A DNA stretch of 46,550 nucleotides from Paraspadella gotoi (GCA_051294375.1 CM119264.1:5189655-5236204), one strand, 5' to 3'. Positions 25,848 to 38,940 are shown, numbered from the stretch's first letter. The notes: generated from the sequence alone by a model not told the origin. Numbers and translations are program-made.

Positions 25848-27538
25848 TAAAACTTTTTCCCAGTTCTTCATCTTTTAACTTTTGCATTTAGATTGTCGGC
25901 TTGCCTTTCGGCCCAGCGGGCGGCCGAGAGGTCGGCCTGGCGCGAATAGGACCCGGTCGGCAAAACCTGATAACTGGGGCCGAAATGAGGCGTTGAAACG
26001 AGGCCGGCGTCGGCAGGCGTCGGCCGGCGCCGGTCCCGATCCGCCCTCGCTCCCCGTGCAATTGGCATCGAAGATTTTCGGGACAAAGGGGGGGGGAGAC
26101 AAGAATTGAGAGTGAGGGTCTGTCGTCACTGTGTGAAAATGAGAATCGAAGAAAGAAAGGTGAGGCCGGTTTCGAGGGGAAGGGGTTACGTGAGAGACGG
26201 GTTGGTGCACTGGGATGGCGGCGTCGCCCGGAGGCGTTGACGACTTGAATAGGCGGGAGTGGCGGCGTCTTTTAAAGCAAAACTGGGCAATTAAACGGGC
26301 GTGGAAAGATCCAGGACTAGAATCCTGGACGAGAGTCTTCATAATATCAGCCAAAAGAGAGAAAGTAAAACATCCAACTATTCAAATTTTATTTAGTTTT
26401 TAAAATATTTTAAAATACGAACGTTACTCCAATTTTTAACCAGAACTTTCAGTTTTGAATTATTGTTTAATTGCTTATTATTTACTGATTGTTTCCTTTT
26501 TACAAATAACCGCTAGCGGAGATCGACTTAAGCTCTACTCAAAAGTCGGAACTTTAATCCCATTCGCGAGCGACTCAAACCTGACTCGAACTAAGAGAGC
26601 GTCTCAATCCTTAATTGAATCCGGGACTCATTATTCAATTCCGAATTGAACCGAGTTTCTGTTTTCCATCTCGAAATTAACTCTGGTCCTTTTTACCTCT
26701 GAATTTTGTAAGAGCTCGTTAGCGACGGGGATTCGTTTTTCGTGCCATTCAACTCACAAACACACGACGCTTTAATTCCGCCTACGAATGGAGCTGCCCG
26801 TTGGTTTTTTAAAAGCGAGGCCTGGTTGTTGTCAGCTTGTCGTTGTTGTCCTTTCCTTGGTTTTTAACCGAAGCGTCGTCAAGAGCGTCGGGGGGGTGAG
26901 CGCGGGACGGAAGGAAATCTAGCGACATCACCTACAGGAATGATGGAACCGCAGCCATTCAACACGTTGTCAGTTTTAAAAACCTGTGTCAACCTGCGGA
27001 CTACTGCATATAATTATAAATAAAGTTTTTTTTTGAGCATTTATTTTTGCCTATTAAGCGAAGAGATTGCAGCTAAGGAACAATTGAGAGACATAAGTAA
27101 TAATTTTTTAATATTAAATTAATTTAATTTATTTATTAATTTAACTTAAAGGTTAAATTAAATGTGTAAAGTTTTTTAAAATTTGGAGATCTCAAATTTC
27201 CATTTCTTACTATTTCCACTAGCGCTTTGATGACTAGAAAATGGAAGAGAACGGTCTAATTTAAAAGTACCGACATTTCGTGAATAAAGCTAAGGTTTGT
27301 TCCGTTCTATCCGCTCTATTCTTTGCAATTATCAGCGTCTCACGCCTGATGAGAAATTCGAATTGTCACCCGGAGATCAGGAGGCGAGAGATAAGGGGAG
27401 AGTCTTCTTACTGGCTGCTCTAATTGGCCAGGGAGGAAGGTTCTGTCATGACTTGGCGATACTGCGATTCTTTCCTGATTGGCTTTTCCCCGCGGGAGAT
27501 AACGAGAGAGAGAGTGCTGTGAAGACTGGGTGTTTGGG

Positions 27539-27569
<31 letters not shown>

Positions 27570-30500
27570 AGAGAGAGAGAGAGAAGAGAGCGAGAGACAG
27601 GAGAGAGAAGAGAGAAAGACAGAGAGAGAGAGAAGTATCATCAAATCACCGACCTCTGCGCGACGGAACCGAGAAAAGGAATCGAACTTCGCTTTTGAAG
27701 GGCGATGTTTTTTTTCTCTCGGAGGATTTTTTTCTCTTTCTTTGGATTCTTGTTTTTACTTTTCGCATGGTTCTTCAAGTTTATAAGGTTTTCTTTTTTC
27801 TTTTTTTTTTTCTTTGTTCGCCGAGATTCTTTGTTCCTTTCTTTCATTTGTTCGAGTTCCACCTCATGGATCTAATTCTCACGGGCATTTGTTGTGTTCA
27901 ATTTTTCCCCCGTTTTTCTCTCTCTTTGCTCTCAGCGTTGTTTTCCCCGTTCGGATCCGTTGGTCCGTTTGGAACCACGGCCGGGATTTTCAATTTGGCT
28001 CGCTCTTTATCTTTGGTTCAACATTCAACCTGATTCCGCGATTTCTCGAGATGTGTTCGATCTCCCGAAGGATCGCGTGGTTTTCTTTCTTTCTGTCTTC
28101 TTATCCTTTCTCTGTCTTTCTTTCTATACTTTTTTAGTTCTTACTTTCCCATTTCTGTCTTTTCGGTGGGTTTTCTTGACTCTGTCGGATTTTTATACGA
28201 ATACTGGGATACTGTTATTCTTTGTTCTTTATCTGTCTTCTGCGGGGTTCCTCTCTCCACTCTTTTTCGTTATGGTGGTCTTCGCTCTGTCATGTCGCTG
28301 TCTCTGGACCGCCGCGCTCTGGCGGTATTTAAGCGTGTGGCTTTCTGGGATAGTGAGCGTCATATTCATCTCCTGCTATACTTCCCGTTAGCTGTCTCTC
28401 TCTCCTCATACTCATCACCCTCCTCTCGGCCACTCCGTTCTCTTCTTCCGATGCTCATTTCCATCTATCTGTCGTGTCTCATTTCAGGCTCTCCGCCATT
28501 CTATTTTGAACCTCAACCCAGCTCTCTAGACAGATTGGGAGTATTGGAGTTACCTATTGTGATTTTATTTTTATGTTTAATAGTTTGTTTCTGACAATAA
28601 TTTTTTATGAGAAATTAACGTGGCAGATCAACTGAGGGACTGTCGTGTATTCGATCTACTCTACATAGAAGACCATAAGAAACTCGCGTCCTGCTTAGCA
28701 GCCTTTATTTCTTGTTATGATAAAGAGTGAAACCACAGGATATTCACACTCCACAGAGGCTCGACATGGGTCATATTGGGCTGGCGCATATACGCGTGAT
28801 GGTCAAGAGTTCGAAGATCCGGTCTTGACCGGAGACTTAAACTGGCTAGTTTGGTTGGTGGCCCAAGACGCCACCGAAGGCAAGTGGCGAAGGAAAGGGA
28901 GAAAAGATAAACTCTCTTCCTCCCGTCCCTCGAAAAATGCGAAGGTGACTTTGAGCATCAGGAGTTCAAAATATTCACAAGAGACTTCCGTCGACTAGCT
29001 TTGAGGTGGGATCGTTCTTAATGAGTCGTCGGTCGTCGTCGTCGTCCGTTGTCGTCCCGTTCCCCAAAAATTCCCCCCCGTCGTCGTTTTTTCCATCTCA
29101 ACCCATTGAGTCGTGCTGGGGGATTATTCCTTCTGATCATTGCCGATTCGCCGTCCAATGACTTCGTAGCCACAGGGGCGAGGGAGAAGACGAATCCTCC
29201 TCTTTCCGTCTCAACTTCATCTCTCAATCTCGTTCTCTCCTTCAGCATTCATACTCAGATACCTCTTCTGGCTTCTTTCCGATTTTCGTTTTCGACTTGA
29301 ATTCCCATGTCATCATCTCTGCTCTCCTCCTGTTCTTCCTACACTCTTCTTCTCTCTCTCTTCCGATCCTCTTCTTTGAGTTGTCTACTAAGTTTGTGCT
29401 CTCTGTCTCTCATAAAGCTGCCTTTGTTTCATCCTATGAGTTCGCGCCAATTTCTCGCTCTCGTCCTCTCTCTGCTCACGGAGAGACTTTGCGACGGGCG
29501 GGATTTTCCGAGTCCAGGTCCCGTGCAGGACAGAGGTGTTCCTCTTGCTGCTCCTGCCAGGGGGCAGTGTGGGTTCTAAGTCTGAGGATGGAGGAGACTG
29601 ACGGTCCGACGGTGGGATCATTGGCGTGATCTCCCTAACCGTTGGGGTCGCGCTTTGAATCGATCTCTCCTAATTGTGATTATGACGAAAAAATCCGGAA
29701 ATCTATAGAGCCTCTTCGCTGACTTTGGCGTGGGCTTTTTTAAGGTCGTGACATCCATCGTTCTTCTCTCTCCAGCACATATCTGCTCTCGATTTCCTCT
29801 ATCGATCATCTTTTGGGCTGATTGGATTCTCCTACCTTGCTACGTCAAGTCTCCGTCCAGACCGACCGAATTGGTTTTGGTAAACATTTTGGCGCTCTCT
29901 CCTCGTGGTCCGTATCAGCCGATGTAACAGATGTTTGCTTCGTGACTGATTTCCTGCTCTCCAGAGGTAGCGGTCTGTTCGAGCGTCGCCGCGCAGGTCG
30001 CCCCCCTATCCTTTGGGAGTCGCCCCAGATACAGTCGTCAACTCCTTGAGGTGCTCGTAGTAGCTTACTATCGGTTCAACCCGAGGCACACAACCTTTAT
30101 CTTTGTCAGCTTTTCTGTGTTTTCAGTGATCTACGACGTTTTAGTACATATCATGTCTCTCTCTCGCTCCGATATGCGTTCTATGACAGTACTTCTTAAG
30201 CCTCTCCTCTCTCTAACTCTCCTGCTTCACCACATTGCTCTCGTTCCCATGGTCCTTCTCGCGCGGCCGTGATACGCTCTCCTTCTCTCGTGCAGTCTCT
30301 TGAAGATCTCTTCTCGCCCGCTACTTCTCTCCAATCTAGCTCATCCTCGTGCTTGCTCTCTCACGTCCTCCTTTCACCACCATCTGCTCTCTCTTTCTAT
30401 GCTTTCCTTTTCTCTGATCTTCTGTCTCCGCTCTTCTGTTCTCTCGGGTGCCTTGTCCTTCCGTTTCTCTTCTCTCCAGTCATCCATGACCGTCGATTCC

Positions 30501-30793
30501 TCTCTCCTGTCTTAATTTCATCCTCTTCGAGGTTCAATGAACACAACTGGGAATACTAACGTGACAGCAGGGTTATTTTTAAAGTTGGGGATGTACTCTC
30601 CACTGGGGGTATTTTTTATCCAATTTATTGAAGACAACTCTGGGCGAAATTCAACACAGTAGGAGATGACAGAGAAGAGAGACGACACGTCAGATGATCG
30701 AGATGAACGTGGAGCAAAGGACAGAGGCAGGAGAGAGAGAGAGGACGAGAGCGAGAGAGAGAGAAGAAGAGAGAGACCACATCATTGAAATTT

Positions 30794-32557
30794 TTATTTC
30801 CGATTTGTCTCACATCTGCGCTGATAAGGGCGCCGCAGCGCATGTGCACCGTCGTCGTTAAAGTTCCTCGATTGTTGTTCTCGAACTCGCCGGACGTTCG
30901 GTAATTTTTTCTTGCGTGCATTTCCTTCCTTTTTGCGCCATGCAGTTTCCAATCTACGGGTAGTCGAGTCCCGGATTGTGACCGTTTCGCGTCTTGTTAA
31001 TTCAAGACAACGCCTCTGTCGAACGGAGATGAGGCGCGCCGTTGGCGCCGGATATCGACGTCTCCGACCGAGCAGGCGATCGATTCGTGTGACACCGGCT
31101 GCCAACCAGGAGGACCGAGAAAGAAATGTCCTACGGGCGGGAGAAGATTATTTAAGATTCCGATCAATTAATAAATCATCTCAATCAATCAATTCAAAAA
31201 ACAATTTTAATTTTTTCAGGAAGTGTAATTGAATAACAATCAATAGACAACCAACTGATCAATCATATAAAAAATAAATCAATAAATCAATCAATCGATC
31301 GATTTATTGATTTATTGATTCTTTATTAAACTGATTGATTTTCAATGTGATTTTTAAAAATCGAGATGATTATTCTCATTCTAACCTCACCTTAGGATAT
31401 TGTACGAGGATGGTCTCCTTGTTCGGCTTTGTTTCGCCTTTTCTTGAAGTCGCTAGATTTTTCGGCTCGACAGAGAGGACAGTACCGTTTGATTCCCGAC
31501 TAGATTTAACAAAAGGCTCGGGCGATGGAATGGATCAGCGGTCTCGTTGTTTTTACGCTTCGGCTTGACCGATGGCTTCGCTTTTATCTGTTTAGGTTTT
31601 TATAAAAACAAAAATGTAAAAAGGGGTATTTGAAATATTCGCAAAAACCACGCCTTCCTACTGAAGAGATACGTAATAGTGATATGGGTCTGGACAGAAC
31701 CGTTCAATATAAGGCAGCTCATGAGCTTCGGATCAGGATGTAACACCGTGTACAACCAGGGGGTTTAAGCTCCCCGTCCTTCTTAACTGCAAGGCGGAAC
31801 CCTGGGCTAGAACCCGGACCTTTGGGTTGGGAAGCGAATGACTTGCCTTCGGCACCAATGGTCCGCTGAGAAAGTTGTTGGCTTTTAGTCCACCATCCAC
31901 GAAAATTTGAAAACGACGTAACGACTGACCAGTATACGTTACTCCGCCCGAAAAACCAGGAAACGTTCCGCTCTGGATTTTCCGTCCGTGACTTCGCAGA
32001 AATCTTCGTTCTTCATTTTCTCTGATCGCGAGGAAAGTTGAACTGGAATTGATTTCGGTGAAGAGAGAACGTTTGCCGCGTCGCTTCGATCAAAATCCAC
32101 GTAACGTATCTGACGATAAAAAATCTTAAAAAAGAATATTAAAGCCAAAAGATTTTTTTTGTTTTAATAACTGAGCGTGTCTTCCTCACCATGAATGAAA
32201 TCTGTATTGAAGACATTGCAGATGTACTCCCGAAATGATCCACAGTCACTGATTATCGATAAGGTCGCTGGATCCCGTGAAGGTGTAACCTGACAAGAAA
32301 AAACCATTGTTTAAGATCTATATCGCACAACATACGTACGCTACGTACATACATAGCTATATTACGATTTACGAGCCAAATAATTACGGATAAAACGGAA
32401 AGAAGAGAACGTGAGGGTGGACGAAGATATCAGTGAACTCTCACCCCTGGTGATTCGCCCAAAAAACGAAGGCGAATCGCGCCGTCCGGTTTTTGAAGAG
32501 GATGTGCTCATGACCCCGTGCACTTTTATGTCCCATCGAACTCGAGAAACGTTTTCC
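30794..32557 (-). other. Cluster of exon-like blocks of an unidentified gene or pseudogene
   Basis: Minus-strand blocks with AG acceptors and, for three, GTGAG donors: 32445-32557, 32190-32289, ~31940-32109, 31391-31587, and from 31130. Joining needs at least one frameshift and one stop; no recognisable domain. Confidence 0.3.
31676..31867 (-). mobile_element. Putative tRNA-derived SINE
   Basis: Minus strand has A-box-like TGGTGCCGAAGG, tRNA-like TCCCAACCCAAAGG and B-box-like GGGTTCTAGCC. Downstream GGACGGG...GATCCGAAG core is shared with 38385-38612. Confidence 0.6.
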
Positions 32558-34392
32558 CTGATGTATTCAAAATCGAATAGATTTTTAAACTCAAATACTT
32601 TTTTTTTCAAACGCATTAAATGTAAAAACTAGGTCCGACAGCTCCGATGGTGTAGTGCACTTCATCTGAACAGCCTCGTCCGGCAGCGGCGTATATCTGG
32701 GGCGTCCAACTGGGACCACCACGGCCGACACCCGGCGAGAAAAAAAAGAAAAAGGACGAGAGAAAAACAAATGGTCCCGAGAGCCATGACGGGAGACGGA
32801 AAGGGCGTTTCGTTGAAAAGAACGCGACGTAAAAAAGAATGACATATTGGAAATGTTTTTAGACAAAGATCGGGAGAGAGGAGAAGAGTCGACGCCTATC
32901 GAGCTTCAAGAGTCCTTCGTCGTCTTCGTATGTTGTTGTCGCTAATTTCTTTTATTTCTTTTTTTTTTTCTTGCCAGGAGAACCGAGGGAATGGAAGCTG
33001 CAGATAAATGACAATGGGCAGAAAGATGGTGGTTAAGTGCAAAAGCCCATCGGAAATGAGCAAAGGATGACGTTGGAACGAGTTGGAATCTGTTTTTGAC
33101 CCTTGATTAAACAGCTCCTGTAAAATCTGAGAAGAAAAGGGATAGATAAGTATTATAGCGAAAAAAAAAAAGAAATAATGTGCGATTTTTTTTGAAATAA
33201 GGAATAAACAAATGATGAAAGCAAAGGCGAGACGGATTACGACGACGACGACGACGACGAAAACGATAACGGCGATAAATCACATACGAAGGAAACGGAT
33301 TTAGCGATCGATGAGATTTTTTCCGATCGGCTTCTGACTTTGCTGTTCCATCCTTCATTTTTCATCCGAAGGCAGATAACATGACTTCTTCTTTCTTTTC
33401 TGGCGCGGTTAAGATCCTCTCATTGCGGTCGATCAAATGACTTCTTCATAAGTGTCTTGGGGAAGGAAAAAGTGCGAACGGATGATGCCCGATGCTGACT
33501 GTTTTTGAACTCTGATCGGTTGCTGCACTCTCTGATGAGATAACCCCGGCTTATGATGTTATCCCCCTCTTATCTTTTTTCCATTTTTCTTTTTTTTCCC
33601 CCACTTCCAGCGATCTTGAAGAAGTCAATGACCGATGAGCCCTATGAATTCTGCATATTTCTTGAGATGAGAATTTACTTATTTTTTATGCGTTTTTTTG
33701 CGAAAAAAAATTGGATTGGTGGTAGTTTCAAAAAAAATCTCGTCGTCGCGCAAAAGAAAAAAACTTGAAAAAAATCAAATCCGGTTTCCGTCACTTCGCC
33801 TTTGACAAAAAAACCACGAACAGCAAAGTCGCAATGAAAACTATTGATCCTTTTCAACACGCGCGGAGTATTCAAGTTGAAACTTAGCCAAGACAATCAA
33901 CTGTTATAGAGTTAAAGTGAATGGCAAAGTTTTTTTTTGATGTTAGTTCTTTAGATTTAGTAAGTACATATATTTTCCAGTCACGTTCATAAATTTATAT
34001 CGACTCTATTTCGATGGGACATGTAAGACAAAACAAAAGTATCTTACATGCTTCGACTTCTTCAATTTTTCAAAGAGGAAGAAAAATCCTTTACAATCAA
34101 TAATTAAAGAAATTATCGGTTAAAAAATAAAGTTTTTTAATAAAAAAATTATGTGAAGGATATGATTATTTCAGAAAAATGTAGAAAATTGATGCATGGG
34201 AAAGAGTTGGAGGAAGTGGAACCGTCCACGGTGTTTGTGTTTCTCTTTTTTTTCTCAGAATCCGGAGATTTTATCTGCTTCTCCTTTTTTTCCTTCGGAC
34301 CCATTTGACATGTTCATGTTTTACTGCTCCGAAGCGTTCCAGACGCGAAAGAACTTCGCGTTCTCCCGGCTTTCTCTCTCTCTTTCTCTCCT

Positions 34393-34444
<52 letters not shown>

Positions 34445-35149
34445 CATCTCCCTCTCAGGATCCTCTCACTCCCTACCCCGTCCGTCATCTCTCTGCTCTG
34501 CCACTCCTCCCTTCACATCTGCCCGTCCTCATCTCCTCTCCTCCTCCTGCTCCTCCTTCTCTCTCGTCTTCTCCCTCTCCTCGTCTCCTCATCCTTGTCA
34601 CAGATATTTTATCGACAATACATTTATTTGTTGTCAAGTAACTGTGTTACATATTGAGAAACAACGAGCTATCTGTGATAATCTAACGAATTGAGTCTCC
34701 AGCTCGAGATCCCTGCATGTCTCCTCTCCTGTTTTGCCTCCGTTGCCTATCTTCTTGCACCGGCCGAAAATTCGTCAGATTGGCAACACTAAAAACGAGA
34801 ATACGGATCAAGGGGTAACGCGTGATTTCTATAAAGCTCGTGTTTTTTTTTTTGGTTTCATTCTTCTTACCCTTCGCGTTTTCAAGTTTTCGATTCTCTT
34901 ATTGTTGGTCTGCACTTGTTTCATCAGTCTCATGTGTCCACATACAATTGCGCCCGCCACTGTCTCAATCATCCGATTGTCTCACTCTTTAGTAAAAGAC
35001 ATAGATATCAATCTTAAATCCTTATATCTTCCCTGTTTTTTTTTCTTCTGCTTTTTCCACTCTTCGAAACTTAATTATTTAAGATTTATAATTTAATTAC
35101 TATTCCATTAATTTTTAGAGATGCTCATCTTCTGTTCTTCTCCTCCGCC

Positions 35150-35960
35150 AGTGTTTCTGGCTTATCTCTGACTAATTCCCCATGATTGTATCTTTCGGTA
35201 ACTCCGTACTTTTATTTCCCTAAGAATTCTGCCAATACTTTTGCCCATTGTACGAAGACACCGGAGGTAAATCAGCCATCAGCATCTCTATTACTACAAA
35301 CATTCCTTCACACGTTATTTTCTTCATTCAAAGATTTGCTTTAAAATTCCTTGCTTCCGTTTTAATTAGATCAGACCATCCCTCTATCGTACTCTTATAA
35401 ATTGGCTCTTGGGTTTAGTAGATCACTCTTTCGTATCTTCGGTCTTACCATCCATCATAAATTATCTGTCTAGGAAAATAACTTATAAGTCCTAGCATTG
35501 GTTAAAGTAGTCCATGTCATTTGCTCAGCACCGAGCTCTGTTTTTGCAATATCATAAACCCTCGATCATCAATCCGAAAAACATCTTGTTTGCGGTCATA
35601 CTACCAGTGCATAATCTTTAATTTAGACCCAATACGTCCATATCAACCCATTTAGCCTGGTCTCATCCAGCATCCTCATCTCTCTGGCTCGAATGAATGA
35701 ACTCAGTTAAACTCTCGGTTTCTGAATGTATCGGTCGTATCAATAATATTTCACTGTTTATTGCATCGATGTTTTTCTCCCTTCATATTCAAAAACTAAT
35801 AAGTGGCCTCCTAAAATTAAATCTCTCCTGATTATAAATCATATCATTTATCTCCAAACATTCATCAAATTGCATAATCGAATTTTGGCAAAAATTAACC
35901 TCAATCATCATTATTAAATTATTTAAATTATAACGATTTCATTATATTAAATTTATCCGA
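35150..35960 (-). mobile_element. Frameshifted coding-like segment resembling a gB-like class III viral fusion/env glycoprotein (retroelement env or endogenous viral element)
   Basis: Peptide fragments in order: IEVNFCQNSIMQFDECLEINDMIYNQERFNFRRPLISF / EYEGRK / NSEILLIRP / IEGL-YDIAKTELGAEQMTW / YKSTIEGWSDLIKTEARNF / GMFVVIEMLM. Resemblance judged by eye only. Confidence 0.4.
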
Positions 35961-35988
35961 CTCNNNNNNNNNNNNNNNNNNNNNNNNN

Positions 35989-37966
35989 GTCAATGCGGAT
36001 ATCAATAATTATAATAAAGGATTTTTTTGACATTTGTTTTGCCTATTAGCGAAAAAGATTGCAGCTAAGGAACAATTGAGAGACAAAAGTATTAATTTTG
36101 TAATATTAATATTGTCAGTTTTAAAATTTTATCTCAATTTCATTCTTACTTTTCCTCTTTATGAGTGAAAGTAAGAGAACGGTCTATTTAAATACGACAT
36201 TCGTTATAACTNNNNNNNNNNNNNNNNNNNNNNNNNNNNNNNNNNNNNNNNNNNNNNNNNNNNNNNNNNNNNNNNNNNNNNNNNNNNNNNNNNNNNNNNN
36301 NNNNNNNNNNNNNNNNNNNNNNNNNNNNNNNNNNNNNNNNNNNNNNNNNNNNNNNNNNNNNNNNNNNNNNNNNNNNNCGATGTTTTTTTTTCTCATATTT
36401 TTTTCTTTTTTTTGATTCTTGTTTTTCTTTCATGTTTTCTTTATATTTTTTTCTTTTTTTCTTTTTTTTTCTTTCCAAATTCTTGTTTTTCTTTCATTTT
36501 CAGTTCCACCTTTTTTATTCTCCATTTTTCAATTTTCCCCGTTTTCTCTCTTTGCTCTCACGTTGTTCCCGTTCGGATCCGTTGTTCCCGTTTGGAACCA
36601 CGAATTTTAATTTGCTCTCTTTTCATCTTCGGTTCAACATCACCTGATTCGCGATTCTCAGATGTCGATCCCAAGGATCGTGTCTTTCTTTCTTTCTTTC
36701 TGTCTATCTTTCCTCTTTTAGTTTTCTTCCCTTCTGTCTTTTCTTTTATCTTGATATTTATGNNNNNNNNNNNNNNNNNNNNNNNNNNNNNNNNNNNNNN
36801 NNNNNNNNNNNNNNNNNNNNNNNNNNNNNNNNNNNNNNNNNNNNNNNNNNNNNNNNNNNNNNNNNNNNNNNNNNNNNNNNNNNNNNNNNNNNNNNNNNNN
36901 NNNNNNNNNNNNNNNNNNNNNNNNNNNNNNNNNNNNNNNNNNNNNNNNNNNNNNNNNNNNNNNNNNNNNNNNNNNNNNNNNNNNNNNNNNNNNNNNNNNN
37001 NNNNNCCCAAACCACCTGGGCTTCTTTTCTTTAATTTTTTAAATTTTTACCTCCGAAAGAAATTAACTCAATCAAACTTGTGATCATTCTCTACATAGAA
37101 GAAAGAAACTCGCTCTCTTATTTCTTTAGATAAAGAGTGAAAGGATATTCACACTCACAGAGGTCGAAATGGTCATATTTGCTCATAGCGTTGGTCAGGT
37201 TGACGACCTTAAATGGCATTTGTTGCCGACGCCACCGAAGGAAGTGGCGAAGGAAAGGGAGAAATAAATCCTCCCGTCTCGAAAAATGCGGAGGTGACTT
37301 TGGGCTCAGGAGTCAAAATCACAAGAGATTCGTCGACAGCTTTGAGGTGGATGTTCTTAATGACGTCGTCGTCGTCGTCGTCGTTGTCGTCGTCATCGTC
37401 GTCGTTTTCACCTGCTACTCTTTTAGATGCCAGCGTCAATTGACTTCGTAGCCAGGGAAAACGAATCTCTCTCTCTCTCTCTCTCTCTCTCNNNNNNNNN
37501 NNNNNNNNNNNNNNNNNNNNNNNNNNNNNNNNNNNNNNNNNNNNNNNNNNNNNNNNNNNNNNNNNNNNNNNNNNNNNNNNNNNNNNNNNNNNNNNNNNNN
37601 NNNNNNNNNNNNNNNNNNNNNNNNNNNNNNNNNNNNNNNNNNNNNNNNNNNNNNNNNNNNNNNNNNNNNNNNNNNNNNNNNNNNNNNNNNNNNNNNNNNN
37701 NNNNNNNNNNNNNNNNNNNNNNNNNNNNNNNNNNNNNNNNNNNNNNNNNNNNNNNNNNNNNNNNNNNNNNNNNNNNNNNNNNNNNNNNNNNNNNNNNNNN
37801 NNNNNNNNNNNNNNNNNNNNNNNNNNNNNNNNNNNNNNNNNNNNNNNNNNNNNNNNNNNNNNNNNNNNNNNNATTATTATCTTAAAATTTAATCACTGCG
37901 AGTTTCGCTTTTTAACGACGACAACAGAATCTTTCTCAAAAGTACTTAATTCGCTTTTAGTAGAAA

Positions 37967-38013
<47 letters not shown>

Positions 38014-38940
38014 ATAGACAAACGCCCCGATCTATTAAACTGCGCCGGAGTCGGCGGCGGCAGCGGCGGCGTCGGTTGCGGCCNNNNNNNNNNAAAAGAG
38101 GTTAGGGAAGAAAGAAAAGAAGAAGGAGAGAAAGGAGATGAGGAAAATAAAGAAGAAGGAGAGAAAGGAGAAGAGGAAAGGAAAGTAGAATGAGAGAAAG
38201 GAGAGGAGGAAAGGAATAAGTAAGAGAAAGTAAAAGAAAATGTCTGAGATTGAAAAGAAAAAAATAGAAAGAAGGCTGAAGAACGGAATGTTTAAAAAAA
38301 GGATCGTGATAAGATCTGATTTGATTTTCGATTAAAGTCTTAGGATTGATTCGTGTTTTTGTTCGTGACTCTGATACTTCAAATGACAAGGGGCGACATA
38401 GTTTGTTCATTGAATGAATTGGATAGTTTATATTGGTTCTACCACCGTCCGTTGCACACAAGGTCTCGAACTTCGGATCGGGCTGTAGTCCGTCACTACA
38501 GGTGGGTTAGACGGCCCGTCCCGCTTTTACTTGTGTGAATCAGCAGGGCGCGAACCCGAGTCCTTTGGGTTGGGAGGAGCTCGTGCTACCTCTGGCGTCA
38601 TAGGTGCTGCTGATTCTCGGATGAGTAGCGGGGTATGAAATATTACCGCTACAGGCTCCTTGTATTTTGATGTGTGGAGTCCGGGAAGGCAGGTAATCTG
38701 GTAGTGAGTCTTGATCGATAGCCTGCAGGGTCCCGTAATGTTATTATTTTGTAAAAACCCGTCGTAGCTGTATAGTGTATATATCTTGTCCAAGGTCAGG
38801 TGGCAAGCCACCTTATTTATTGAATATATGGATGAATTTTGTATGAATCTTCCCGCTAATATAATCGACGTAATTCTCAACTTTTTTTTTACATTTCACT
38901 TTCGCCATTTTTTTTCCGCTTTTCAACCCCAAGAAAATGG
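35989..38940. repeat. Gapped duplicate of 42505-46210; its first part is also a third copy of ~26990-29200
   Basis: Shared anchors GATTGCAGCTAAGGAACAATTGAG (27064, 36057, 42578) and GAAAAATGCG (28932, 37281, 44163); 38100-38940 matches 45295-46210. Confidence 0.88.
38385..38612 (-). mobile_element. Putative tRNA-derived SINE, second diverged member (noisy duplicate at ~45575-45818)
   Basis: Minus strand TGACGCCAGAGG...TCCCAACCCAAAGGACTCGGGTTCGCGCCC (A/B boxes), same core as 31676-31867. Its 3' part GGTAGAACCAATATAAACTATCCA resembles the start of the 330-bp repeat unit. Confidence 0.6.

Noticed and set aside
31795-31867. Functional tRNA gene
   Set aside because: No convincing acceptor stem or canonical TTCGA T-loop, and it continues into a core shared with another diverged copy, so it is better explained as a SINE head.
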